Shown here: positions 19,764 to 29,011 of the stretch, piece by piece | Position numbering within the stretch: position 1 is the first letter of the stretch | How the letters are laid out: each line of letters begins with the position of its first letter | Assembly: GCA_965279375.1 (NCBI GenBank) | Contig: OZ257156.1 | Span: forward strand, 4,256,001 to 4,320,000 | Direction: 5' to 3' | Source: Gemmatimonas sp. | GTDB taxonomy: Bacteria; Gemmatimonadota; Gemmatimonadetes; Gemmatimonadales; Gemmatimonadaceae | Length of the DNA: 64,000 nucleotides | Notes under the pieces: model-generated | Databases searched by the model: none | What the model was told of the DNA's origin: nothing | The model's input: the letters and a program-made list of their open reading frames with translations, nothing else | Translations under genes and position numbers: made by a program

Positions 19764-19938
19764 TCCGCTCTGTCTCACGTGCCACCACTGGGCCGGTGAT
19801 CTCGAGGCGGTGATGTCCGAGCGATCGGCGCCGTGTGTGCGACTGCGCGCGCGATCGCATCGCAGCTTCGCGGACGACACGTGCGAACACCATCGCGACG
19901 CCGCGCATTCCGCGCGAGAGAATGGAGCTTGCCCATGA
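19756..19938 (+). CDS. Small Cys/His-rich phage protein
   Basis: CLTCHHW...C...CEHH; ATGA coupling to the helicase. Confidence 0.6.
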   Translation: MASPLCLTCHHWAGDLEAVMSERSAPCVRLRARSHRSFADDTCEHHRDAAHSARENGACP

Positions 19939-21101
19939 CGACGCAGACGCCAAGCCAACCGCCGCTGCGGTGCGTGTGGTGCGAGGAAGTCGTCGATCTG
20001 CCGCAGAAGGGATGGCGACCGGGCTTCGACGCGTACTGCCAAGCGCACTGGGAAATCGCCGGACGGCATCCGTGGACGCTTGGGCAGGTCGCGCTGATGA
20101 AGGCCGAAGCGATGGAGCGCGTTGCGGATGAGGATCTGATCCGGTGGCCGTTCGGCACCCTGCACGGACTGACCGGCGTGCTCGCACCAGGGCGGGTCAC
20201 CTACGTGGCCGCATTCCCGGGCAACGGAAAGACCGCCTTCGTGACCAACTGCATCGCCTCGTGGATGCGGCAGAAGAAGTCGATCAGCTATCTGGCGCTC
20301 GAATCAGACCCGGGCGAAGTGATGGCGCGTATGGCGTGCTTTCGTGCGGGCATCGATCCCGACGAGGCGCTGTCCTATCGCCTGCGCGAAGCCGCGCAGG
20401 CGGGCAATCCGTTGGCGGAGCAGCAGCTCTCCGACTTGGCAGACTGCTATCGCATTCTGCACGAGGACAACGACTTCCTGCATCAGCTGCGCATCGAGCC
20501 GATCGATGTGCTCTCCCCGCAGCGGTTCACCCGCGCCGTGAAGGCTGCGCAGGCGATGGAATCAGACATCATGATCGTCGACCACGTGGACCACAGCGAA
20601 GCCGATCAGGGCGATCACTCGCCGGAGATTCAGGTCTCGAACACGATCCAGCAAATGGCGCTGAGTGCGGCGAAGCAACTGAACATTCACGTGCTTCTCA
20701 CCACGCAGCTCAACAGTTCGCGCGCCGGAGGCGATCCCCTCGCGCACTACCGTCCGCCGGCGACGGACTGGTTGTACAACAAATCCAAAAAGGAGATGAT
20801 CGGCGCGATCATCTTGGGGCTGCACCGCGTCCTCGACCCCAACGTCGATCAGAATCTTCTGCGCCGCATCAAAGCCCGCGACGACGAGCCTTGGAGGGCG
20901 GCGGTGCCGCATCGCATGGGCGTCTCCGGCATGAAGCTCCGCTTTGGTGGCGGCCGCAAAGATCGCGGGGTCGCTCTCGAGTTCCGTAATGGCGTCTTGC
21001 GGGACGCTCCGGTCGACATCTTCGGCGACACAATTCTCCGTCGTGACACCGTGACGCCTTCGTCCATGACCAACGACAGTCTCAGTTGGATGGACAACTA
21101 G
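19935..21101 (+). CDS. DnaB-like (SF4) replicative helicase with N-terminal Zn-finger-like segment
   Basis: AAFPGNGKT (H1), YLALE (H1a), MIVDH (H2), LTTQLN (H3). Confidence 0.85.
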   Translation: MTTQTPSQPPLRCVWCEEVVDLPQKGWRPGFDAYCQAHWEIAGRHPWTLGQVALMKAEAMERVADEDLIRWPFGTLHGLTGVLAPGRVTYVAAFPGNGKTAFVTNCIASWMRQKKSISYLALESDPGEVMARMACFRAGIDPDEALSYRLREAAQAGNPLAEQQLSDLADCYRILHEDNDFLHQLRIEPIDVLSPQRFTRAVKAAQAMESDIMIVDHVDHSEADQGDHSPEIQVSNTIQQMALSAAKQLNIHVLLTTQLNSSRAGGDPLAHYRPPATDWLYNKSKKEMIGAIILGLHRVLDPNVDQNLLRRIKARDDEPWRAAVPHRMGVSGMKLRFGGGRKDRGVALEFRNGVLRDAPVDIFGDTILRRDTVTPSSMTNDSLSWMDN

Positions 21102-21182
21102 TGCGATTATCTCACCACCTCTCCCGAGGAACCCGCTGATGCGTCGCATCGCACTGATATCATCGCTGCAGGAGCGTGCCGC

Positions 21183-21461
21183 GTGGCGATGATGCCAGAA
21201 GGTGATGTCTCCGTCCGTGATATCTGTGAAGTGTTTCGTGATTTTGCCGACATGGTGAACACGGAACTTGCCGCGGTATCCACTCGACGAACACACGTCG
21301 AAATCGTTCTCTTACGCCGTGAGATCGCCACCCTTCGCTCCATCGCGTTCGGGTGCGATCCTGACGCCGAATTTCGCGCGTTGATGTCTGCCCCATCCGG
21401 CATGGGACCGAAGCCTCCTGGTTGGGATCCTCGATTCAACCGAGCGCGAGGCAAGCAATGA
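21183..21461 (+). CDS. Phage hypothetical protein
   Basis: GGAG RBS; ATGA overlap with the initiator gene. Confidence 0.5.
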   Translation: MAMMPEGDVSVRDICEVFRDFADMVNTELAAVSTRRTHVEIVLLRREIATLRSIAFGCDPDAEFRALMSAPSGMGPKPPGWDPRFNRARGKQ

Positions 21462-22717
21462 GGCCGTTCCACGGCCTGTACGTGCAAGTACAGGTGGACC
21501 TACGCGAGGATCCGGACTTCATTGCCTTCGCGGCCGAGTTGCGCGCGCACTTACCCGCCCAGTTCGCGCGACTGATTGTGGAGGCGCAGCTTGTTCGCAC
21601 GTGGAGCGCCTTTCTGCGACATGCTCCCGGCGGATGCGTGGACCACACCGCGGATGACACGATCGAGGCCTGGGCTGGCTGGGACGGCGAACGTGGGGTA
21701 TTTGCTGCAGCCTTTCGTCAGCATTGGTGCAAGCGGATCGGAGACAGCGTGTGGCTTCGTGGCTGGAATGATCGATATGGCCAGTTGGCAGACCGACGTG
21801 CTGCCGCCGCGGAGAAGAAGCGTCGCCAGCGCAGCCAGTCGTCTACCACCCCTCAGTCGAACCAACGCCCAAGCCTAGGAACGAGGCGATCGCGTGGGGA
21901 CAATGCACGCGTGTCCCCGGGGACATCGGCGAATGTCCCGGGGACAGACGCGTGCTTTTTGGGGGACGGCGCCGCAGATGCGACCGCCAACGGCGATGAA
22001 GTCGTCGAATCTCCTGCCGTGCCGAAAACGCATGTCCCCGGGGACACACCGGGACAAAAGGACATGTCCCCGGGGACAATGGCAAATGTCCCGGGGACAA
22101 TGGCAAATGTCCCGGGGACATTTTTACAAGATGTTGTAGATGAACTACAAACAGCTAACAGCAACAGCAACTGCAAACTACTTGGCGATGCGCCGCTGCC
22201 GCGGTCAATCGCCCCGCCGACAGAAGCAATCCCGCTGTTCCCCGAGGGTGCTGGCGGCGCACCATTCGCTGTCCGCCAACGATCCGAGCCCAGCGGTACG
22301 GCAACACGGCCACGGGTCCATCGCGAGGCGCCGAAGTATCCGCACTTCACCGCAGAAACCCGCGGTGCGCTGCTGGCGGTTTGGCAACGCGAGTTCTGCC
22401 CACTCCGCGACGACGAGAAGCCGCGGTTTCTGCGGGCCTTCGCGCGGTGGTTTTTGGTCGCCGAGGCCGAGCGGGAGCCGCATCAGCCGACAAACGACGA
22501 AGTGCTTGATGCCGTGAAGTGGCTGCTGCAAACGCGTCGCAGCAGCCGGTTCGCGGAGAAGTTGGGCACCTTCGAGATCTGCTCGGAGCGTGTGCAGGAC
22601 ATTGTGGCGATCATGCGTGAGGAGCCCGACACCGAGGCGCGCATGACCCGCATAGACCGCCTGTTGGGCATCAGCCAGCCGGTGTTCTCAGCACCGCAGC
22701 GACTCGCTCGACCGTAG
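21458..22717 (+). CDS. Putative replication initiator (lambda O-like architecture) containing the origin
   Basis: Helical N-terminus (IEAWAGWDG...WNDRYG...AEKKRRQR), low-complexity linker with DNA iterons, position next to the helicase. Confidence 0.7.
   Translation: MRPFHGLYVQVQVDLREDPDFIAFAAELRAHLPAQFARLIVEAQLVRTWSAFLRHAPGGCVDHTADDTIEAWAGWDGERGVFAAAFRQHWCKRIGDSVWLRGWNDRYGQLADRRAAAAEKKRRQRSQSSTTPQSNQRPSLGTRRSRGDNARVSPGTSANVPGTDACFLGDGAADATANGDEVVESPAVPKTHVPGDTPGQKDMSPGTMANVPGTMANVPGTFLQDVVDELQTANSNSNCKLLGDAPLPRSIAPPTEAIPLFPEGAGGAPFAVRQRSEPSGTATRPRVHREAPKYPHFTAETRGALLAVWQREFCPLRDDEKPRFLRAFARWFLVAEAEREPHQPTNDEVLDAVKWLLQTRRSSRFAEKLGTFEICSERVQDIVAIMREEPDTEARMTRIDRLLGISQPVFSAPQRLARP
21912..22180. 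repeat. Palindromic iterons plus AT-rich tract (putative phage ori)
   Basis: TGTCCC(C)GGGGACA at 21912, 21934, 22033, 22065, 22087 and 22108, then an A/T-rich stretch at 22121-22180. Confidence 0.85.
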
Positions 22718-22723
22718 TCTCCT

Positions 22724-22741
22724 CCTTGCGTCATTGGCACG
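22724..22741 (+). promoter_or_regulatory. Conserved phage promoter motif, copy 2
   Basis: CCTTGCGTCATTGGCACG; no clear -10 element. Confidence 0.55.
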
Positions 22742-22837
22742 TCTCAGCACGGCGGTACACCACCCGCGACGCGGACCGTCGTTCTCCCCCACTCTCCCGA
22801 CTTCTCATGCTCTCACCAACCTTGGCTAGCCAGCACG

Positions 22838-24460
22838 ATGCGTGACGAATTGATCATCGACTCGTTCGCCGGCGGCGGCGGCGCATCACTCGGCATTGAG
22901 CTCGCGCTCGGTCGGTCACCGGACGTGGCGATCAACCACGATGAGGAAGCGATCGCACTGCACGCTGCGAATCATCCCGGCTCGAAGCACTACCGCGAAG
23001 ACGTCTGGAAGGTCGATCCGCTCGAAGCCACCGGCGGGAAGCCGGTCGGGCTCATGTGGCTGAGCCCCGACTGCAAGCACTTCTCGAAGGCGAAGGGCGG
23101 CAAGCCCGTGTCGAAGCGCGTGCGTGGACTCGCGTGGGTCGCGGTCCGTTGGGCGGCGGCAGTGAAGCCGCGCGTCATCGTGCTCGAGAACGTCGAAGAG
23201 TTTCAGACGTGGGGGCCGGTGTCGCGTGAGACGAACAAGCCCTGCCCCGACCGCAAGGGCAAGCACTTCCGTGCGTTCACGTCGAAGCTGCGAAAGCTCG
23301 GCTACGACGTGCAGTGGCGCGAGCTGCGCGCGTGCGACTTCGGCGCACCGACGATTCGCAAACGCCTGTTCATGATCGCGCGCTGCGATGGTCAGCCGAT
23401 CGTGTGGCCGCAGCCGACGCACGGCAAGCACGCCGCGAGCCCCTGGCGCACGGCCGCCGAGTGCATTGAATGGTCGCTCCCGTGCCCTTCGATCTTCACC
23501 CGCGCGAAACCGCTCGCCGACAACACGCTCAAGCGCATCGCGGCCGGATTGCGCCGGTACGTCGTCGAGTCGCCGCGGCCGTTCATCGTGCAGGTACAGA
23601 ACGCCTCAGCGGGTGATACGCCGATCGGGTTGGAGCGCCCGCTACGCACCGTCACCGCGTACCCGAAGGGCGGCGGCTTCGCGCTGGTGTCGCCGTTCGT
23701 TGCGCCGCTCACGCATCACGGCAGCGATCGCGGACAACCGATGGGCGCTCCGCTCTGCACCGTGACCGGCGCGCATCGTGGTGAGCAGGCGCTGATCGCG
23801 TCGGTGTTGGTGCCGCGCTATGGCGAGCGTGACGGCCAAGAGCCGCGCGCGCGCACGGTGGATGCGCCGATGCCGACAGTCGTGCCGACGCAGAACGGCG
23901 CATCGCTCGTGACGGCCTTCATGGCGAAACACTACACCGAGCGGAGTCCGAGCGACGTGAACGCCGCGTCGCTGTTCGATCCGGTGCCAACGGTGACGTC
24001 TGTCGATCACAGTGCGCTCGTCACCGCGCATGTCATGAAGATGCGCGGCGAGAACATCGGCCACGGCGCGGACGAACCGCTGCACACCATCAGCGCTGGC
24101 GGCACGCACTTCGCCGAAGTCCGCGCCTTCCTGACGGCGTTCTACGGTAACGAACGCGACGGCGGCTCGCTCTTTGATCCGGTGCGCACCGTGACGAGCA
24201 AGGACCGGTTCGGACTCGTCACCGTCGAAGGGCACGACTACGCGATCGCTGACATCGGGATGCGGATGCTCGCGCCGCGTGAGCTGTACCGTGCGCAAGG
24301 ATTTCCTGACACCTACAGAATCGACATCGAGTTCAACGGCAAGCCGATGACGAAGACCGCGCAAGTGCGGATGTGCGGCAATAGTGTCTGCCCGCCAGTG
24401 GCTGCAGCGATCGTGCGCGCGAACCTCTCTGAGATGTCGCAGCAGGATTGTGCCGCATGA
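22838..24460 (+). CDS. Phage DNA cytosine-5 methyltransferase
   Basis: FAGGGG (I), SPDC (IV), ENV (VI), RKRLF (VIII), RML..RE...QGFP (IX) and GNSV (X). Confidence 0.93.
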   Translation: MRDELIIDSFAGGGGASLGIELALGRSPDVAINHDEEAIALHAANHPGSKHYREDVWKVDPLEATGGKPVGLMWLSPDCKHFSKAKGGKPVSKRVRGLAWVAVRWAAAVKPRVIVLENVEEFQTWGPVSRETNKPCPDRKGKHFRAFTSKLRKLGYDVQWRELRACDFGAPTIRKRLFMIARCDGQPIVWPQPTHGKHAASPWRTAAECIEWSLPCPSIFTRAKPLADNTLKRIAAGLRRYVVESPRPFIVQVQNASAGDTPIGLERPLRTVTAYPKGGGFALVSPFVAPLTHHGSDRGQPMGAPLCTVTGAHRGEQALIASVLVPRYGERDGQEPRARTVDAPMPTVVPTQNGASLVTAFMAKHYTERSPSDVNAASLFDPVPTVTSVDHSALVTAHVMKMRGENIGHGADEPLHTISAGGTHFAEVRAFLTAFYGNERDGGSLFDPVRTVTSKDRFGLVTVEGHDYAIADIGMRMLAPRELYRAQGFPDTYRIDIEFNGKPMTKTAQVRMCGNSVCPPVAAAIVRANLSEMSQQDCAA

Positions 24461-27006
24461 GCGCAATCCACGACCAGTATCGCGCCTTCCTGGAGGCAAA
24501 AGTCCTCCGCGAGTCAGAGCGCGGTCGCTCAATCGAGCCGGGTGACGTGCATCCGCTCTGCAAACCGCACCAACGCGCGATCATTGAATGGGCCGTGCGG
24601 GGTGGGCGCCGGGCGATCTTCGCCAAGTTCGGACTCGGCAAGACCATCATGACGCTGGAGACGATGCGGATCACGCTGGCATCTGTCGACGGCTCGCGTG
24701 GGCTGATCATCGCGCCGCTCGGCGTGCGACAAGAGTTCTTGCGCGACGCGGCGATGATCGGCGTCTCGCTCGCATTCGTCCGCACGACGGAGGAGATGGC
24801 GGCGCCGGGACTGTACCTAACGAACTACGAGAGCGTGCGCGAAGGGAAGATCAATGTCGACGGCTTGACCGCTGTGGCGCTGGATGAGGCCGCGATCCTG
24901 CGAGGGTTCGGCGGCACCAAGACATTCCGAACCTTCATGGCGAAGCTCGCCGGCGACGATCGCGAGACCGGTATCCGCACCGACGGCATCCCGTATCGAT
25001 TCGTGGCCACGGCGACGCCAGCACCAAACGACTACATCGAGATCGCCGCGTACGCGGCATTCCTCGGCGTGATGGATGTGGGTGAAGTGAAGACGCGCTT
25101 CTTCCAGCGGAACAGCGAGAAGGCCGACGAACTGACGTTACATCCGCACAAGGAAGCGGAGTTTTGGTACTGGGTGAATACGTGGGCCGTGTTCCTGCAG
25201 TCGCCGGCGGATCTCGGCTTCCCTGCCGATGGTTACGAACTGCCGCCGCTGACCGTGAACTGGCACAGTGTCGCGGCCGATCACTCGCAGGCCGGCACAG
25301 AGCGCGATGGGCAGGGGAAGCTGCTGCGCGATGCCGCGATCGGAGTGCAGGACGCCGCAGCCGTAAAGCGTTCGACACTGGACGCGCGCGTTGCAAAGGT
25401 ACGCGAACTCATTCAGGCTCGGCCGAACGACCATGTGATAGTCTGGCATGATCTCGAAGATGAGCGTCGCTCGCTGGAGGGTGCGATTCCCGGCATCATG
25501 ACTGTGTACGGTGCGCAGGACCTCGACGAACGCGAAATGCTGATTCGCGGGTTCGCTGATGGCGAGATCGCGAGGATCGCGGCAAAACCCGTGATGCTCG
25601 GTTCAGGGGTAAACTTCCAGCGCCATTGCCACTGGGCGGTGTTTGCGGGCATCGGCTTCAAGTTCTCCGATTTCATTCAGGCGATTCACCGCGTATGGCG
25701 CTACCTCCAGCCCGGTGACGTCACGATCGACATCGTCTTTGCTGATGCCGAGATTGAAGTCCGGCGCTCCCTCGAAACGAAGTGGAAGAATCACGACGCC
25801 ATGATGGCGCGTATGAGCGAGATCATCCGCCAGTACGGGCTCAATTCCGTCGACGCGAGGGAGAAGCTGGTGCGCACGATCGGCGTCGAACGCCAGGTCG
25901 CCACTGGTGACGGGTGGACCGCGGTGCGCAACGATTGCGTCGTCGAAGTCGCCAACATGGCGACCAACAGCGTCGGCCACATCGTGACATCGATCCCATT
26001 CGGGACGCAGTACGAGTACTCGCCGAGCTACAACGATTTCGGCCACACCGATGACGACCGGCACTTCTGGCAACAGATGGATTTCCTCGCGCCGGAGCTA
26101 CTCCGAGTACTCCAGCCAGGGCGTGTGCTGGCAGTGCACGTGAAGGATCGGATCAGGCCCGGTGGATTGGATGCGTGGAGCTTTCAAACCGTCTCACCGT
26201 TCCACGCGGATGCGATCCTGCACTATCGCCGCCATGGCTTTGCCTACATGGGCATGATCACGGTCGTGACCGATGTCGTGCGCGAGAATGCGCAGACCTA
26301 TCGGCTCGGGTGGTCGGAGCAGTGTAAGGACGGGTCGAAGATGTCGGTCGGGTTGCCGGAGTACGTCCTGCTGTTTCGGAAGCCGCCCAGCGACGCGTCG
26401 AATGGGTATGCGGACGTGCGTGTCACAAAGGACAAAGCGGAGTACTCGCGCGCGCGCTGGCAGTTCGACGCGCATGGCATGTGGCGCTCGAGCGGGAACA
26501 GGTTGCTGACCCCAGACGATCTGGTGGGCGTCGAAGCGGGCGAGACGTTCCGGCGCTTCCGCGAGTACTCGTCTACCACGATCTACGACCACGATCACAC
26601 GGTAGCGATCGCGGAGGCGCGGGATCGCGCGGGCCAGTTGCCGCCCTCTTTTATGCTGCTGCAGCCGACGAGCCATCTCGATGATGTGTGGACGGATGTG
26701 ACGCGGATGCGCACGCTCAACGGCGCGCAGTATGCTGCTGGCAAGGAGATGCACCTCTGCCCCCTGCAGTTCGATATCGTCGATCGGCTGATCGGACGAT
26801 TTTCGAATCGCGGGGATCTCGTGCTGGACCCATTCGGTGGACTGATGACGGTTCCATTGCGAGCGGTGCATCTCGGACGCCGCGGCTATGGCGTTGAGCT
26901 GGCGGACCCGTACTGGCGCGACGGTGTGTGGCATTTGCGCGCGTCCGACGAGCGGCGGTCAACGCCGTCTCTCTTCGACCTGCTTGAGCAGGAAATCGCG
27001 GTATGA
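24457..27006 (+). CDS. SNF2-like helicase fused to an amino (N4-C/N6-A) DNA methyltransferase
   Basis: FGLGKT, LDEA, TATP, GVNFQ and QAIHRVWR, followed by TSIPF and VLDPFGG in beta-class order. Confidence 0.88.
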   Translation: MSAIHDQYRAFLEAKVLRESERGRSIEPGDVHPLCKPHQRAIIEWAVRGGRRAIFAKFGLGKTIMTLETMRITLASVDGSRGLIIAPLGVRQEFLRDAAMIGVSLAFVRTTEEMAAPGLYLTNYESVREGKINVDGLTAVALDEAAILRGFGGTKTFRTFMAKLAGDDRETGIRTDGIPYRFVATATPAPNDYIEIAAYAAFLGVMDVGEVKTRFFQRNSEKADELTLHPHKEAEFWYWVNTWAVFLQSPADLGFPADGYELPPLTVNWHSVAADHSQAGTERDGQGKLLRDAAIGVQDAAAVKRSTLDARVAKVRELIQARPNDHVIVWHDLEDERRSLEGAIPGIMTVYGAQDLDEREMLIRGFADGEIARIAAKPVMLGSGVNFQRHCHWAVFAGIGFKFSDFIQAIHRVWRYLQPGDVTIDIVFADAEIEVRRSLETKWKNHDAMMARMSEIIRQYGLNSVDAREKLVRTIGVERQVATGDGWTAVRNDCVVEVANMATNSVGHIVTSIPFGTQYEYSPSYNDFGHTDDDRHFWQQMDFLAPELLRVLQPGRVLAVHVKDRIRPGGLDAWSFQTVSPFHADAILHYRRHGFAYMGMITVVTDVVRENAQTYRLGWSEQCKDGSKMSVGLPEYVLLFRKPPSDASNGYADVRVTKDKAEYSRARWQFDAHGMWRSSGNRLLTPDDLVGVEAGETFRRFREYSSTTIYDHDHTVAIAEARDRAGQLPPSFMLLQPTSHLDDVWTDVTRMRTLNGAQYAAGKEMHLCPLQFDIVDRLIGRFSNRGDLVLDPFGGLMTVPLRAVHLGRRGYGVELADPYWRDGVWHLRASDERRSTPSLFDLLEQEIAV

Positions 27007-27143
27007 GTGCGCCGACGCCGATGCGGGAACGCGTGCTGCGTGGTCTCCGCGTGCTCGTCGAGAAGGTGTTGGTGTTCACGTACGCCTACATGATCGGATG
27101 GTTGATCGCGTATGCGATCCACTCGATGCGCGCATGGCGGTGA
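27003..27143 (+). CDS. Small membrane protein (46 aa)
   Basis: Manual translation MSAPTPMRERVLRGLRVLVEKVLVFTYAYMIGWLIAYAIHSMRAWR; coupled at both ends. Confidence 0.55.
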   Translation: MSAPTPMRERVLRGLRVLVEKVLVFTYAYMIGWLIAYAIHSMRAWR

Positions 27144-27277
27144 ACGCACCGCCGCGTCGACGCGAGACCGCGATGCTGGCTGCCACGTGGCTGCTCTGCA
27201 CTGCGATCGGTGTCTGGGTGAACTGGTGTCTCTGGACGTGGCTGATCTGCCGCGTCGCGCTGTGCGCCGCCCCATGA
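27140..27277 (+). CDS. Small membrane protein
   Basis: GTGA/ATGA coupling, hydrophobic W/C-rich helix. Confidence 0.5.
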   Translation: MNAPPRRRETAMLAATWLLCTAIGVWVNWCLWTWLICRVALCAAP

Positions 27278-27537
27278 GCCGCCGCACGGCTGCGGAGCTC
27301 GAGGCCTCGATCCTCGCCGTCGTTGCGCCGCCTGGCGTGCGCTCGGCGGACGTCGCGACGATGCTGCGCGCAGGTCTCGACCACATCGCCACGACCATGC
27401 GCGGTATGGCGACGCGGGGCCTCTTGGTCGCGCGTCTCGAGACGGTCGAGGAAGCCACCGCGCGCGTCGAGCGATCGCCACGACGCGCCTTGGTGCGCCG
27501 AGTGGTCCGGCGCCAACTGCTCTACACCAGGGCGTGA
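27274..27537 (+). CDS. Small wHTH-like protein
   Basis: SADVATMLR...IATTMRGMATRGLL. Confidence 0.5.
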   Translation: MSRRTAAELEASILAVVAPPGVRSADVATMLRAGLDHIATTMRGMATRGLLVARLETVEEATARVERSPRRALVRRVVRRQLLYTRA

Positions 27538-27941
27538 GGTTCTCGATGGGATCGCGATTCTCCTTGGGTGCGTGGTGGACGACCAGAGTGCATCAGGTCC
27601 AGTGGTGGCTTGATGTGCGGGCACGTCGTGGTGACGTGCGCATCGGAATTGTCGTGGTTCAAATGCCGTATCGTGGAGGCTGCGTGCGGGCGCGACACCT
27701 CCTCGGACGGCAACTGCCAGGGTGGGCGCTCGCGCGATACGACTACGCGTACGATCAGCTCGTGACGTGGTGGAGTGCGCGCTGGTGGGGGTTGCTGGTC
27801 GGCATTGTCGTCGCGCCGCTGGTCCGACTGGCGCGTACAAGTGGGGTGCTCGTCGTGGCGCCGGGATGCTATTGGTGGAGTGGCCGGCTGCGCTGGCCCG
27901 ACATGTGGGCTCGATGGGACGCGGAGGACGCCGACTCATGA
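27534..27941 (+). CDS. Phage hypothetical protein (Trp-rich, possible TM)
   Basis: Coupled ORF. Confidence 0.5.
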   Translation: MRFSMGSRFSLGAWWTTRVHQVQWWLDVRARRGDVRIGIVVVQMPYRGGCVRARHLLGRQLPGWALARYDYAYDQLVTWWSARWWGLLVGIVVAPLVRLARTSGVLVVAPGCYWWSGRLRWPDMWARWDAEDADS

Positions 27942-28489
27942 GCGTGATCGTTCCGCCGGCACCCGATGTGACGTTTCATCCGCGCGCGGGTGCTGCGCCT
28001 CCGTATCGCCCTGCCGGCCCAAATGGTGAACGCTACTGCCGCTGGTGCGCCCAGCAGATCACAGCCAAGCGGCGGACGCTGTGGTGCAGCGAGGCCTGCG
28101 TGCAGAGCTATGCGGCGCACACCCCGAACGGCGTGCGCGCGGCCGTCTTTCGTCGAGACGGCGGTGTCTGCTGCTGGTGCGGACTCGACACCGTCGCCGC
28201 CCGACAGATGCTGCCGCTCCGGGAGGAACATGCAGAACGTCCGCTGTGGTACTCGCTGCGGCGCGTGGCGTGTCGGCGCTATCTCGCCGTGATCGGGATT
28301 CCAGTCTCTCGGATAGACGCCGACTGGTGGGATGCGGACCACATCGTGCCGGCCCGCCTTGGCGGCCTGTTGGTGCTTGAGAATCTTCGGACGCTCTGCG
28401 TGCGCTGCCACGCCAGACGCAGCGCGGCGGACCGGCGCCGACCCGTTGTCGAAACACAGCCTTGCGTTTTTGGCACGACTTACGCATAA
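27938..28489 (+). CDS. HNH endonuclease with Zn-binding motifs
   Basis: CRWC, CCWC, DADHIVP...GG...NLRTLCVRCH. Confidence 0.88.
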   Translation: MSVIVPPAPDVTFHPRAGAAPPYRPAGPNGERYCRWCAQQITAKRRTLWCSEACVQSYAAHTPNGVRAAVFRRDGGVCCWCGLDTVAARQMLPLREEHAERPLWYSLRRVACRRYLAVIGIPVSRIDADWWDADHIVPARLGGLLVLENLRTLCVRCHARRSAADRRRPVVETQPCVFGTTYA

Positions 28490-28490
28490 T
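28460..28490 (+). promoter_or_regulatory. Conserved phage promoter motif, copy 3
   Basis: CCTTGCGTTTTTGGCACG; TTGCGT-17nt-CATAAT. Confidence 0.75.
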
Positions 28491-28564
28491 CGACGCACGC
28501 ACTTCGGCGCCGTGCTCGTCACCACCGGACCCGGTTGCCCTGTCTCCCTGACCCCGAGGCTCCC

Positions 28565-29011
28565 ATGACCCCACCGAACGCCGCTGTGATCGCGGTCCGT
28601 GCCATCCGCGCAAGGCAAACCTCTGCCACGCCGACGATCGGCCAGCCCCCCCTGCGGGAAGGCGACGCCCACACGGATCCCCGTACGCTCGCCGAGGCAC
28701 TCGCCTACTTGGCGACGATGCGCCAGGCCGTCACGCACGGGACGCACGTCCAGATGCCGCGCGATCTCGCACTGGCGCTGCTGCACGTTGCCCATGCCGA
28801 GGTCGCGTCGCGCGCCGCCACAGTCGCGCTGCTGACCGCCACGCCGAAGCAGAAAGCCTCCGCCTTGGCGCGCGTCGGCGATGCCGTCACGATCGGCACC
28901 CGTGCGGTCGATGATCTGATCGATCTCCATGTGCGCTCGCGCGAGACCGGGGCGGCCAAGACGGCCGCGCAGCTCTTCGGCAGCCGTGCGCTGGCGGTGC
29001 CCCATGCGTGA
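28565..29011 (+). CDS. Phage hypothetical protein
   Basis: CCGAGG RBS; first ORF after promoter copy 3. Confidence 0.6.
   Translation: MTPPNAAVIAVRAIRARQTSATPTIGQPPLREGDAHTDPRTLAEALAYLATMRQAVTHGTHVQMPRDLALALLHVAHAEVASRAATVALLTATPKQKASALARVGDAVTIGTRAVDDLIDLHVRSRETGAAKTAAQLFGSRALAVPHA

Noticed and set aside
22807..22845. 12-codon out-of-frame uORF (MLSPTLASQHDA) overlapping the C5 MTase start, a possible frameshift or coupling device
   Set aside because: Too short to distinguish from chance without homologue alignment or read data; the MTase is complete from 22838.
26506..26519. TGACCCCAGACGA resembling the complement of the leader RNA bulge
   Set aside because: Imperfect match inside a coding region; compatible with chance.
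22838..28489. Restriction-modification or DISARM/BREX-like defence system (MTases + helicase + HNH)
   Set aside because: These are typical phage orphan methylase and HNH families inside an early operon; no cognate restriction or defence core genes are recognisable.
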